A stretch of DNA of 64,000 nucleotides from Eledone cirrhosa (GCA_964016885.1 OZ024742.1:169942001-170006000), one strand, 5' to 3'; positions 1-19,852 are shown, counted from the stretch's first letter. The notes: generated by a model not told the origin, from the sequence alone. Numbers and translations: made by a program.

Positions 1-332
1 GTGGTGCCAAAGGTCCCGTCTTCCACATCTAGAATAAGTAGCAGATATTGCAATAGCGTGGGGTTTAAGGGCCCTCAACTCTTCAACAAGCTGCTGAGGG
101 ATGTGAGAGATCTGCAAGGTGTCGTGTGGATGTCTTCAAGAAACATCTCGACAACTTGCTATCCAGGATCCCGGATGAGCCCACAGCAAGGCACGAGGGA
201 AACCTAAGGGCAGCAGCAACGAGCTCCCTCTTGTACCAGTGGCCAACCAATATAGGCTGGAGATAAAATATGTAGCAACATGGGTGTTGCCCCAGCATGG
301 CCTTAGCCGGATGGCTGGAACAGGTAAAAGAG
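1..332 (+). mobile_element. 3' end of a CR1-clade LINE, degenerate and cut by the window edge
   Basis: Similar to 6134-6466 (VVPKVPSSTSRI.SRYCNS.GFKGPQLFN). Has the same 3' tail gccccagcatggcc...aacaggtaaaagag running into (TA)n. Confidence 0.85.
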
Positions 333-385
333 ATATATCATATATATATGATATATATATATATATATACCATATATATATATAT

Positions 386-2153
386 CATCATCATCATCAT
401 CATCGTTTAACGTCCATATTCCACGCTTGCATGGGTTTGGACGGGAGTTTTCCCACTTGAGGCAAGAGTGGTTGTCTTGCTCGCATAGGACTGTCTGGCT
501 GGTTTTCTACGGCTGGATGCCCTTCCTAACACCAACCACATTTACAGTGTGGAACTGGGAGGTTTTTACCGTGTTACCTACACAGCCACATTACAGCGTG
601 GACTGTGTGTTTTTTGTCGTGACACCTACACGACCTCATTTTGTTTCGGGCTGGATGTTGTGATACCAACATAACTTTACATTGAAAGGGGTGGTGTGGA
701 TGAGGTGGGGGTAGTGGGACGGGCGTGTATTTTGTTAGAGGTGCCTACTGACTGTAGTAAGTTTCACTTTGTACTTAGGTAAGGCAGGTCTTCTCTATTA
801 CTGTGTAGCGCCAAAGCTCTCGATCCAGTGACATTGTCTTGGAGAGGTGTAAGTGTGTGAGGTCGGAATTTATCAAGTCGTCCCAGGTTTTTCTGGGTCT
901 GCCTACTCCGTGGCTACCGTCTATTTTTATTGCCCTGCACTTTTTTATACAGCTGTCGTTTTTCATGCGCATCACGTGACCATACCAACGTAGTCTTCTC
1001 TCGAGTAAACAACATCTGATCCCTCTTATTTCTAATTTCTCCCTTAGTTCGTTTATGCTTTGCCGTTCACGTATATTACTATTACACATCCAGCGGAGCA
1101 TGCAAGCTTCATTTCTCTCCAGTCTGCGTATATCCTCTGCACACAATGCCCAGGTCTCACTGCCATGTAACATTGCTGTTCGTATGCAGGCAGCATACAG
1201 CCTGCCTTTCATTTTTAGAGAGAACCCTTTAGCGGCCAATAGTGGTATAAGCTCTCTGAACTTTTTCCATCCCGTTCTGACTCTAGTTACTGTACTTTCA
1301 GAGCACCCTCCCCCACTGCTGATTTTATCACCCAGGTAACGGAAGCTGTCCACTATTTCTATAGAACCATCTGTGCAATGGAATGAGTTAGTATTCTGTG
1401 GGCACTTGCTGCTACTTATTGCACCAGAGCACCGGCTACATATAAAATCTATATTCTTAGTTAGCTTACCTGTGATCCCACTACATCTTTTATGTACCCA
1501 TACTTTGCATTTGGGACATAAAATGGAGTTTCTACCTACTCCTTTCCTACACACTGAGCATGGCCATTTCCCAGATGGGACCGGTGCCCTATTTTCCTTC
1601 CTACAAACTAGAACTTTAGTCTTAGACAAGTTAACTTTAAGGCCTTTTGATTCTAGGCCATGCTTCCCTGTTTGGAATTTCTTCTCTAGTTCAGCCATTG
1701 ATTCAGCTATGAGCGTTAGATCATCTGCATATAGGAGTTCCCATGGGCAGCCAGTCTTGAACTCCTCTGTTATAGCCTGAAGGGCAATAATAAATAGTAG
1801 GGGGCTAAGGACGGAGCCCTGATGAACACCAATTTTTACGCTAAACTCTTCACTATATTCGTTGTTAATTCTAACCTTGCCGACTGTTTCTTTATACAAG
1901 GCTTGTATAGCTCTCACAAGCCATTCAGCAACACCTAGTTTTCTAAGGGCCCACCAGATAATCGAGCAGAGTTCTCTGTCAAAGGCTTTCTCCAAGTCAA
2001 CAAAAGCTAAGTATAGGGGTTTACTTTTAGCTAGGTACTTCTCCTGTAGTTGTCGTACAATGAAAAGAACGTCTGTTGTACTTTTTCCTGACACAAACCC
2101 GAACTGCATTTCGTCTAGATCAATTCGCTCTCTGATTAGTTGCGCTATTACTC
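386..2153 (-). mobile_element. RTE-clade LINE family A, 5'-truncated; RT ORF at 775-2109
   Basis: ORF has FVDLEKAFD, GVHQGSVLSPLLF, YADD, a C4HC3 finger and RRLRWYGHV. The (GAT)n tail is at 386-403. Same family as 61775-63514. Confidence 0.95.
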
Positions 2154-2575
2154 ATCTTTTTCCATTTCTCATCTTTTTCCATTTCTCATCTTTTTCCATT
2201 TCTCCGAGGGTTATAAACCCCACTATCAGGCTAGAAATGTCTTTAGTCTAAAATACGGTGAAAGCTTATAATTTCCAATTACTAATTTTCAAACTCGCGC
2301 ACCGTTTCAAAAACATACTTACATGTTTACATTTATAATTGCTTGTTTATCATTCACTTGCTAAGTTCGTAGCTTCTAATTCGAATGGAAGGAGACGGGT
2401 TGTGTATTGGTGTAATGGTAGCACAGTGGTCCGGATAACCAAAGATGTGGGTTGGACTCCCATGTACGGCAACACTCATCTTTTTCCATTTCTCCGAGGG
2501 TTATAAACCCCACTATCAGGCTAGAAATTTCTTTAGTCTAAAATATGGTGAAAGCTTATAATTTCTAATTTCTAA
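2150..2575 (+). mobile_element. Non-coding element with a 290-bp period in partial tandem, containing a tRNA-like segment
   Basis: Direct repeat 2184-2280 / 2474-2570. The 17-nt unit catctttttccatttct is tripled at the left junction. Related to 40385-40660 and 40880-40975. Confidence 0.7.
2399..2473 (+). ncRNA. tRNA-like cloverleaf (pseudo-tRNA or repeat head, not a canonical tRNA)
   Basis: D-stem GTGT/GCAC with A-box TGGTGTAATGG. Anticodon stem TGGT/ACCA. T-stem GTGGG/CCCAT with loop TTGGACT. No U33. Followed by T5. Confidence 0.65.
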
Positions 2576-2587
2576 TATATATATATC

Positions 2588-2670
2588 TCTCTAAGGCGGG
2601 TAAAATTCCGGAGATCCATGACGAGTTTTCTCCAGCGGTCTCTGTCCCTCATTATCGCTGCCATGTCTTG
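2588..2670 (-). mobile_element. Extreme 3' stub of an RTE/RTEX-like LINE
   Basis: Encodes [17 protein letters not shown], resembling the DR..WR C-terminus of RTE-type ORFs. Flanked by (TA)n. Confidence 0.55.
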
Positions 2671-5268
<2,598 letters not shown>

Positions 5269-6476
5269 AACTACACGGACTCGGCATAACTGGAAAAGTA
5301 GGTGAGTGGCTGCATGGCTTCCTAAGGGACAGAAGCCAGGCAGTCGCAGCAAATGGGGCCCTCTCGAGGGAAACACCGATAACAAGTGGGGTGCCTCAGG
5401 GGACAGTCCTGGGACCACTACTGTTTTTGGTGGCTCTCTCGGACATGCCCTCTGTGGTGCATGCAACAACATTGCTCACTAGCTATGCTGATGACACTAA
5501 GGTAGCACAGGCAATCAAAACCCGGCTGACGCTGCCCTCTTACAGCAGGATCTGGATGCCATATACAGATGGGCGGAAGAAAACAACATGCAGTTTAATG
5601 CTGGCAAATTCCAAGCCCTACAATACAAACCTGCAAACACAAACACAAATATAGCGGAACACAGCTACACAGGACCAGGAGGGACCGATATCCCTGTGTC
5701 AAAATCGATACGAGACCTGGGCATAGACATGAGCGATGATGCATCTTTTTCTTCACACATCATGAAGGTGGCGACAGCATGTAGACGATTCGCTGGCTGG
5801 ATCTTGAGGACTTTCCTTACAAGAGATCGAGACACCATGTTGACACTGTGGAGGACTTTTGTCCTAAGCCGCCTGGACTACTGCTCCCAGCTGTGGTCAC
5901 CCCATAGTGTCAAACTAACCACGGAGCTTGAGGCAATCCAGCGAAGCTACACCAAGAGGATTGCCAAGATGAGGGAGACAAGCTACTGGGAGAGGCTGAA
6001 GGAACTGAACCTCTACTCCTTGGAGCGAAGACGGGAGAGATACGCAGTGATCTACATGTGGAAAATCCTGGAGGGACTAGCACCAAACTTTGGCATTGGG
6101 AGCTGGACCAACCGTCGAACAGGACGTCACTGTGTGGTGCCAAAGGTCCCGTCTTCCACATCTAGAATAAGGAGCAGGTATTGCAATAGCCTGGGATTCA
6201 AGGGCCCTCAACTCTTCAACAGGCTGCCGAGGCATCTGCGAGACTTGCATGACGTGGAGGTGGATGTCTTTAAGAAACATCTCGACACCTTGTTATCCAG
6301 GATCCCGGATGAGCCCACAGCAAGACACGAGGGAAACCTAAGGGCAGCAGCAACAAACTCCCTCCTACACCAGTGGCCAACCTATACGGGCTGGAGATAA
6401 AATGTGTAGCAACAAGGGCGGTGCCCCAGCATGGCCTCAGCCGGATGGCTGAAACAGGTAAAAGAGTAAAAGAGTA

Positions 6477-6477
<1 letters not shown>
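5269..6477 (+). mobile_element. CR1-clade LINE, 5'-truncated, with a frameshift near 5520
   Basis: [13 protein letters not shown] and YADDTK, then SRLDYCSQLWSP and SLERRRERY in ORF 5588-6400. 3' (GTAAAAGA)n tail. Inserted in (TA)n. Confidence 0.92.
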
Positions 6478-6543
<66 letters not shown>

Positions 6544-6567
6544 ATGATATATATATATGATATGATA

Positions 6568-6610
<43 letters not shown>

Positions 6611-6620
6611 ATATATATAT

Positions 6621-6936
6621 ATAGAAAGATTTGAATGGATACAGTTTAGTTGAAAGGAATTTATTGACACGTGTTTCTATAACAGTTACATAACCTGAAA
6701 ACAGCTGCTATCTACAAAGTTTTAGTTATGCAGACATTCAATATTTCAATGTTATTATTTACTGTCATTTCATCAGAATTCTGATGAAATGACAGTAAAT
6801 AATAACATTGAAATATCGAATGTCTGCATAACTAAAACTTTGTAGATAGCAGCTGTTTTCAGGTTATGTAACTGTTATAGAAACACGTGTCAATAAATTC
6901 CTTTCAACTAAACTGTATCCATTCAAATCTTTCTAT
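6621..6936. repeat. Spacerless 316-bp palindrome (158-bp arms, one mismatch), part of a Penelope pLTR-like element extending to about 7048
   Basis: Axis at GAA|TTC 6778/6779. The arms are reverse complements. Confidence 0.95.
6776..6900 (+). ncRNA. Type I hammerhead ribozyme with long stem-loop II (mirror copy on the - strand at 6657-6781)
   Basis: CTGATGA 6781-6787. Stem II ATGACAGT/ACTGTTAT. GAAAC-ACGT-GTC 6880-6891 gives a palindromic stem III and a GUC site. Stem I is short (ATT/AAT). Confidence 0.7.
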
Positions 6937-7304
6937 TTTTCTCCGGATTACTTTTGGAACTACAACTGGAACCGTCGAGCAAACTCTACGTGAGCTGTCA
7001 ATCTACTGTGTGTAATATTTATATTACAATACAACGGAAAATACTGTATATATATATATATATATATATAGATATACATATATATATATACATATATATA
7101 TATATAGATAATTTAATATATCTACTAACATAAGCGCACAGATGTACGCCAATGCCAGCAAATACACAGGTTATGTCATAGTACCTAGGTGGTTCAATGC
7201 AGGAGGATGCAGAACAATAATATAACAGACGTAAAATAAGAAAATTAAAAAAATTAAAAAAAATTTTTTTTTTTTTAAATTTTAACCTACTTACTTAAAT
7301 TTTC

Positions 7305-7386
7305 ACTCCAACTAATTAGTTTCTGCAATGGGATAAAGACAGTTACGTAATCTAACTGTCGAGAATTCATTGCGTCATCGGGGAGT
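7305..7386 (-). ncRNA. Hammerhead ribozyme copy with a U4C core substitution
   Basis: Same as 7877-7958 but the core reads CCGATGA. Confidence 0.7.
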
Positions 7387-7876
7387 CTATTCTCAGCTGA
7401 GTCTCCAGGCAATGCGCGGACACCGGGGACTCATATAAAAATAATAATAATTCAGTAGATGGAACAGCTAGCGGGGACTGAATTCCATGCACTGAAATCC
7501 TTGCTGCCTCTGGTCAGATGGCCGATTCTAAAGAATCAATCACGTGACACAGAGGCTAGTCAGTAGGAATGGGATGGTAAGATGACAGACGCCTACTAAC
7601 ACCCCCCCCCCCCAAAACAAAAAAAATTTAAAAGTGGTTTTGGCAGGTTTGCTCGACAAATCAGTGATTTGGAGATAAATATAGATAATTTAATATATCT
7701 ACTAACATAAGCGCACAGATGTACGCCAATGCCAGCAAATACACAGGTTATGTCATAGTACCTAGGTGGTTCAATGCAGGAGGATGCAGAACAATAATAT
7801 AACAGACGTAAAATAAGAAAATTAAGAAAATTAAAAAAAAAATTTAAAAAAAAAATTTTAACTTACTTAAATTTTC

Positions 7877-7958
7877 ACTCCAACTAATTAGTTTCTGCAA
7901 TGGGATAAAGACAGTTACGTAATCTAACTGTCGAGAATTCATTGCGTCATCAGGGAGT
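7877..7958 (-). ncRNA. Type I hammerhead ribozyme, intact core
   Basis: Minus strand reads ACTCC-CTGATGA-C-GCAATG...CATTGC-A-GAAACTAATTAGT-T-GGAGT. Stem I is 5 bp, stem III is palindromic and the site is GUU. Confidence 0.85.
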
Positions 7959-7966
7959 CTATTCTC

Positions 7967-10315
<2,349 letters not shown>

Positions 10316-10515
10316 NNNNNNNNNNNNNNNNNNNNNNNNNNNNNNNNNNNNNNNNNNNNNNNNNNNNNNNNNNNNNNNNNNNNNNNNNNNNNNNNNNNNN
10401 NNNNNNNNNNNNNNNNNNNNNNNNNNNNNNNNNNNNNNNNNNNNNNNNNNNNNNNNNNNNNNNNNNNNNNNNNNNNNNNNNNNNNNNNNNNNNNNNNNNN
10501 NNNNNNNNNNNNNNN
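10316..10515. other. Assembly gap (200 N)
   Basis: Run of N. Confidence 0.99.
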
Positions 10516-10945
10516 GATCCATTTCTCAGCCAGGAAAATGCCTACTCCCCCTAACCCATCATCCTTACCTACCCAGAATAGCTTATAGCTAAGACGCTTG
10601 CCTACGACTAGTCTCGCAGAGGCACCCCTCCATCTCACCTCTTGCACGCAGCACACATCCACCTGCCTTCTCTCCAGCATCTCCGCTATTTCAGCAGACC
10701 TACCTCTGAGAGTGCCAACATTAAGTGTTGCAACTCTGAGATGCGACGTCTTCATATTTTTCTATGCTGTTTTGTTGCTGTGCTGATAAGCTTTTTGGCA
10801 TTGATACACTGGCTGGATGCCCTTCCTAACACCAGCGCCACTTTACAGCATGGACTGGGTGCTTTTATTTGTGCCACCAGCACTAGAGAGGATGTCTTAC
10901 TAGACTCAAGGGCCCTCTCTACCCCTCCATTTTACAGCATGGTCA
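10516..10945 (-). mobile_element. 5' end of RTE family B (APE endonuclease start plus 5' UTR), cut by the gap
   Basis: Essentially identical to 16505-16935. Encodes MKTSHLRVATLNVGTL...CCVQEVRW. Confidence 0.92.
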
Positions 10946-11445
10946 TTAAAAAAAAAAAAAAAAAAAAAAAAACTTATTGACACGACTCACACACTAATAC
11001 TCATGCATACAAACCACAACCACACATACCAACACTCATTCATGCATACAATCACGCACACCACTCACAAACATATATATATATACATATATTACCGACA
11101 GTACTGATGCAAAATCAAAATCAAAGTCAAAATCAAAATCAAAATCGTCAAAATCACTATCATGTCAACTGTTGACCTTTCCCAGTCCAGTTCGGCTTGT
11201 ATATAATAACAATAACAATAATAATTGTTTGTTTACGCTGGTAATGGCGGTGGTGGATGGTGTCAGTGTGGTGGTGGTGGATGGTATCAGCGTGGTGGTG
11301 GTGGTGGATGGTCAGTGATGGTGGTGGCAGTTGTTGGTGCTGGAGTTGTTATTGTAGTTGTTACTGTTGTTGTTGTCCTTCATTTCACTGCTGCTGTTGC
11401 TGCAGACAATGGTGTTGATGCTGTTATTGCTGTCGCATATATACA

Positions 11446-13677
<2,232 letters not shown>

Positions 13678-16600
13678 TCATCATCATCATCATTTTACGT
13701 CCGCTTTTCCCTGCTTGCAAGGGTGGGACGGGTCTTATTCAGCACAGCATCTCTCCATTCGTCACGATCCCTCGTCATCTCCACCGTGAGCTTCAATGAT
13801 CTGAGGTCTGTTCTCACCACCTCCGCCCATGTTTTTCGTGGTCTACCTCTACCACGTCTTCCTTCAACTGGCATTTCCTGGCACTTCTTCACCCATCGGT
13901 CATCCTCCATGCGCATCACATGTCCATACCACCTCAGTCTCCTCTCCCGTACACTACATTCTATCCTTCTCAGACACAGTTTCTCTCTCAACACATTTAT
14001 GCTGGGTCGTTCACGCACATTTACACTGCACATCCAACGGAGCATGCTTGCCTCATTTCTCTCCAGCCGTCGCATATCTTCTGCGGTAGCTGCCCATGTC
14101 TCACTACCATGCAGCATCGCGCTCCTCACACAGGCATCATACAACCGGCCTTTCGTACGCAGGGAGAAACCCTTCTTCGTCAACAGAGGAAGCAGCTCCC
14201 TAAACTTCTTCCAACCCGTCCTTATTCTAGATACTATGGCCTCGGAACACCCTCCTCCCATGCTAATCTGATCTCCTAGGTACCGGAAGCTATCCACCAC
14301 TTCTATAGCACCCGCCTGCATTTGAAAAATGTGTCTATCAATGCAACTTCTACTGTCTAATTTCCTTGTACATCTACTGCATACGTATTTCTCCCTACCT
14401 GTTAGTTTGCCTGCTATCCCGCTACATCTCTTGTGTACCCAGGACCTACATTGTGTGCATTTTATAGAATTATGCCAGTTCCTTTTCTGCATATCGAACA
14501 TGGCCATTTCCCTGACGGAATCAGGGTTTTGTCCTCTTTTCTACTCATCAACACTTTTGTCTTAGCTAGATTTACTCTCAGTCCTCTTGCTTCCAACTGC
14601 TGTTTCCATAGCCGGAATTTATTCTCTAGCTCCTCTACTGATTCTGCCATAAGAGCCAGATCGTCAGCATAGAGAAGTTCCCATGGACAGCCAGTCTTAA
14701 ACTCCTCTGTTATGGCTTGGAGGACTATAATGAACAAGAGCGGGCTGAGGACCGAACCCTGATGTACTCCTACTTGTATCTGGAATTCCTCACTAAACTC
14801 CATTCCTACCCTGACTTTACTGAGAGTACCTCTGTACAAAGTTTGCACTGTCCTTACAAGCCATTCCTCAACACCCAGCTTCCTTAGGAACCACCAGATG
14901 ACAGATCGGGGTACCCTATCAAAGGCCTTCTCTAGGTCAACAAAGGCTAAGTATAGTGGCTTATTCTTCTCTAAGAACCTCTCTTGCATTTGTCTCACCA
15001 AGAAGAGGGCATCTGTTGTACTCTTCCCAGGCACAAAACCAAACTGCATCTCATCTAGTTTGACCCTTTCTCTAATTAGTTGTGCTAAAATCCTTTCTGC
15101 CACTTTCATAACCTGATCTATCAGTTTTATACCCCTATAATTGCTCCTCTCCAAAGCATCCCCTTTACCTTTGTAGCAATTTATGAGAATACTGCTGCAC
15201 CAGTCTTTGGGTATGACACCACCATATATAGCCTGATTGATTATGCGTGCAACCAGTTTAGTGCCTACGTCCCCTGATGCCTTCAGCATCTCAGCAACTA
15301 TTCCCGATGGTCCGGCCGCCTTACCATTCTTCATTTCCCTAATTGCCTCTTGGACCCTATATTCGTCAATCTCAATAGCTGGTCCCTCTGTCGGATCTAC
15401 CAAGGGTAATTTTTCTCTCTCCCATTCGTTCTCCACATTCATCAGTCTCTCATAATGACATTTCCAGGCCTCCTTTTTCTGGTCATTCGTGACACTAAGT
15501 ACACCGGCATCATCCCGGACACATTTATCACCAACAACATCCTGATTTGCATTGACACACTGCCTTGCAATGTGATCTTCCCGTCGCAGAACATTGGCAA
15601 ACCTCCTACTCTCTGCCTCCCTGCGTGCTAAGTACACCTGGCGTCTAGCTTCTCTCTTAGTGGCTGTATATTCTTCCCTACTCCCACCCTTATTCCAAGC
15701 CTTCCATGCTAGTCTTTTGTCTCTAATAGCCTTATCTACACTGCTGTTCCACCACCAGGTCACTCTCTGTCTGGTTGGAGCTCTGCTCCAGCCACAGGTT
15801 TCATCAGTAGCCTTCAGCAAGTTGTCACGTAAGAACTTCCAGTTATTATCTATGTCATACGTCTCTAAATCGTCTTCTTTTTCGTCATATACATCTTGAA
15901 GGGCTTTCCTAAATTTGAATTTTAGTGAAAGGTCTTTTAGCTTCCAGACCTTTCTTCTCCACACCTTCCTATATGTCTCATTCCATCTCTTGCTTACTGA
16001 GATATCACTAACAACTAACCTATGCTGTGGGGTACATTCTTCCCCAGGGTATGCCTCGGTATTAGACACTATCTGCCTGTCCCGCTGCCTAACTAGCAGG
16101 AAGTCAATCTGGCTTATGTGCTCACCAGATTTGTAGGTTATTAGGTGATTGGCAGGTTTCTGGAAGTTTGTGTTGCAAATAGTCAATGTACTTGCATCAC
16201 AAAATTCAAGAAGTCTCACTCCTTCTTCATTTCTTGAACCGTAACCGTGCCCACCATGTACCCCAGTGTAACCATCCTGGAGCTGTCCAACATGACCATT
16301 GAAGTCTCCTGCTAGCATAACGATGTCTCCGTCCTCTGTCATTGTGGTTGTTTGCAAAAGTTGCTCATAAAAGCAGTCTTTCTCATCTTTGCCTAGGCCT
16401 GCTTGGGGAGCATAGACCGAGATGATTGTCAGTAGTCTCCTACCTACAACTAATCTAAGCTTAATTATTCGATTACTAACTCGAACTACCTCTATTGTCT
16501 TATTGATCCATTTCTCAGCCAGGAAAATGCCTACTCCCCCTAACCCATCATCCTTACCTACCCAGAATAGCTTATAGCTAAGACGCTTGCCTACGACTAG

Positions 16601-16935
16601 TCTCGCAGAGGCACCCCTCCATCTCACCTCTTGCACGCAGCACACATCCACCTGCCTTCTCTCCAGCATCTCCGCTATTTCAGCAGACCTACCTCTGAGA
16701 GTGCCAACATTAAGTGTTGCAACTCTGAGATGCGACGTCTTCATATTTTTCTATGCTGTTTTGTTGCTGTGCTGATAAGCTTTTTGGCATTGATACACTG
16801 GCTGGATGCCCTTCCTAACACCAGCGCCACTTTACAGCATGGACTGGGTGCTTTTATTTGTGCCACCAGCACTAGAGAGGATGTCTTACTAGACTCAAGG
16901 GCCCTCTCTACCCCTCCATTTTACAGCATGGTCAT
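13678..16935 (-). mobile_element. Near full-length RTE-clade LINE family B (APE endonuclease + RT), with a single frameshift near 14470
   Basis: ORF 14462-16744 has ATLNV, QEVR, SVYAPQ, GDFNGHVG, IDF, QHRLV and YADD. It continues in frame 13695-14507. (GAT)n tail. 1-nt deletion relative to the copy at 52316-52330. Confidence 0.96.
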
Positions 16936-17435
16936 TAAAAAAAAAAAAAAAAAAAAAAAAAAACTTATTGACACGACTCACACACTAATACTCATGCATA
17001 CAAACCACAACCACACATACCAACACTCATTCATGCATACAATCACGCACACCACTCACAAACATATATATATATACATATATTACCGACAGTACTGATG
17101 CAAAATCAAAATCAAAGTCAAAATCAAAATCAAAATCGTCAAAATCACTATCATGTCAACTGTTGACCTTTCCCAGTCCAGTTCGGCTTGTATATAATAA
17201 CAATAACAATAATAATTGTTTGTTTACGCTGGTAATGGCGGTGGTGGATGGTGTCAGTGTGGTGGTGGTGGATGGTATCAGCGTGGTGGTGGTGGATGGT
17301 CAGTGATGGTGGTGGCAGTTGTTGGTGCTGTAGTTGTTATTGTAGTTGTTACTGTTGTTGTTGTCCTTCATTTCACTGCTGCTGTTGCTGCAGACAATGG
17401 TGTTGATGCTGTTATTGCTGTCGCATATATACAAA

Positions 17436-17491
<56 letters not shown>

Positions 17492-17530
17492 TATATATAT
17501 ATATATATTGCTATATATATATATATATGC

Positions 17531-17561
<31 letters not shown>

Positions 17562-17642
17562 TATATATATATATATATATATGCTATATATATATATATA
17601 TATATGCTATATATATATATATATATGCTATATATATATATG

Positions 17643-17698
<56 letters not shown>

Positions 17699-17712
17699 TA
17701 TATATATATATG

Positions 17713-17793
<81 letters not shown>

Positions 17794-18448
17794 TATATAT
17801 ATATATATATATATATGCTATATATATATATATATATGCTATATATATATATATATATGCTATATATATATATATATATGCTATATATATATATATATAT
17901 GCTATATATATATATATATATGCTATATATATATATATATGCTATATATATATATATATGCTATATATATATATATGCTATATATATATATATATGCTAT
18001 ATATATATATATATGCTATATATATATATATATGCTATATATATATATATATGCTATATATATATATATATATGCTATATATATATATATATATGCTATA
18101 TATATATATATGCTATATATATATATATATGCTATATATATATATATATGCTATATATATATATATATATGCTATATATATATATATATATGCTATATAT
18201 ATATATATATGCTATATATATATATATATGCTATATATATATATATATGCTATATATATATATATATGCTATATATATTTATATATGCTATATATATATA
18301 TATATATGCTATATATATATATATATATGCTATATATATATATATATATGCTATATATATATATATATATGCTATATATATATATATATATGCTATATAT
18401 ATATATATATATATATATGCTATATATATATATATATATATATATATG

Positions 18449-18517
<69 letters not shown>

Positions 18518-18554
18518 TATATATATATATATATATATATATGCTATATATATG

Positions 18555-18596
<42 letters not shown>

Positions 18597-18796
18597 TATA
18601 TATATATATATATATATATATATGCTATATATATATATATATATATATATATGCTATATATATATATATATATATATATATGCTATATATATATATATAT
18701 CATATATATGCTATATATATATATATATATATATATATGCTATATATATATATATATGATATATATATATATGCTATATATATATATATATATATG

Positions 18797-18830
<34 letters not shown>

Positions 18831-18876
18831 TATATATATATATATATATATATATATGCTATATATATATATATGC

Positions 18877-18907
<31 letters not shown>

Positions 18908-19002
18908 TATATATATATATATATATATATGCTATATATATATATATATATATATGCTATATATATATATATATATATGCTATATATATATATATATATA
19001 TG

Positions 19003-19036
<34 letters not shown>

Positions 19037-19060
19037 TATATATATATATATATATATATG

Positions 19061-19106
<46 letters not shown>

Positions 19107-19136
19107 TATATATATATATATGCTATATATATATGC

Positions 19137-19167
<31 letters not shown>

Positions 19168-19186
19168 TATATATATATATATATGC

Positions 19187-19217
<31 letters not shown>

Positions 19218-19246
19218 TATATATATATATATATATATATATATGC

Positions 19247-19277
<31 letters not shown>

Positions 19278-19429
19278 TATATATATATATATATATATAT
19301 ATATGCTATATATATATATATATATATATGCTATATATATATATATATATATATATGCTATATATATATATATATATATGCTATATATATATATATATAT
19401 ATGCTATATATATATATATATATATATGC

Positions 19430-19460
<31 letters not shown>

Positions 19461-19525
19461 TATATATATATATATATATATATATGCTATATATATATAT
19501 ATATGATATATATATATATATATGC

Positions 19526-19556
<31 letters not shown>

Positions 19557-19646
19557 TATATATATATATATATGATATATATATATATATATGCTATATA
19601 TATATATATATATATGCTATATATATATATATATATATATATATGC

Positions 19647-19677
<31 letters not shown>

Positions 19678-19728
19678 TATATATATATATATATATATAT
19701 ATATGCTATATATATATATATATATATG

Positions 19729-19772
<44 letters not shown>

Positions 19773-19796
19773 TATATATATATATATATATATATG

Positions 19797-19852
<56 letters not shown>

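Larger units (their letters stand above)
7104..7966 (-). mobile_element. Retrozyme/pLTR-like non-coding element: two ~290-bp direct repeats, each with a hammerhead
   Basis: 7104-7394 is nearly identical to 7681-7966, with a unique middle at 7395-7680. No ORF. (TA)n on both sides. Confidence 0.8.

Noticed and set aside
1055-2251. Plus-strand ORFs overlapping RTE copies (also 13829-16136, 27953-28740, 62554-63279)
   Set aside because: Antisense shadows of the RT reading frame.
2399-2473. Functional tRNA gene
   Set aside because: Anticodon loop lacks U33, the T-loop is altered and the acceptor stem is imperfect. It is embedded in a repeat.
11225-11445. Gly/Val-rich hydrophobic ORF start (also 17216)
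   Set aside because: GGT/GTT trinucleotide low complexity running into (TA)n.
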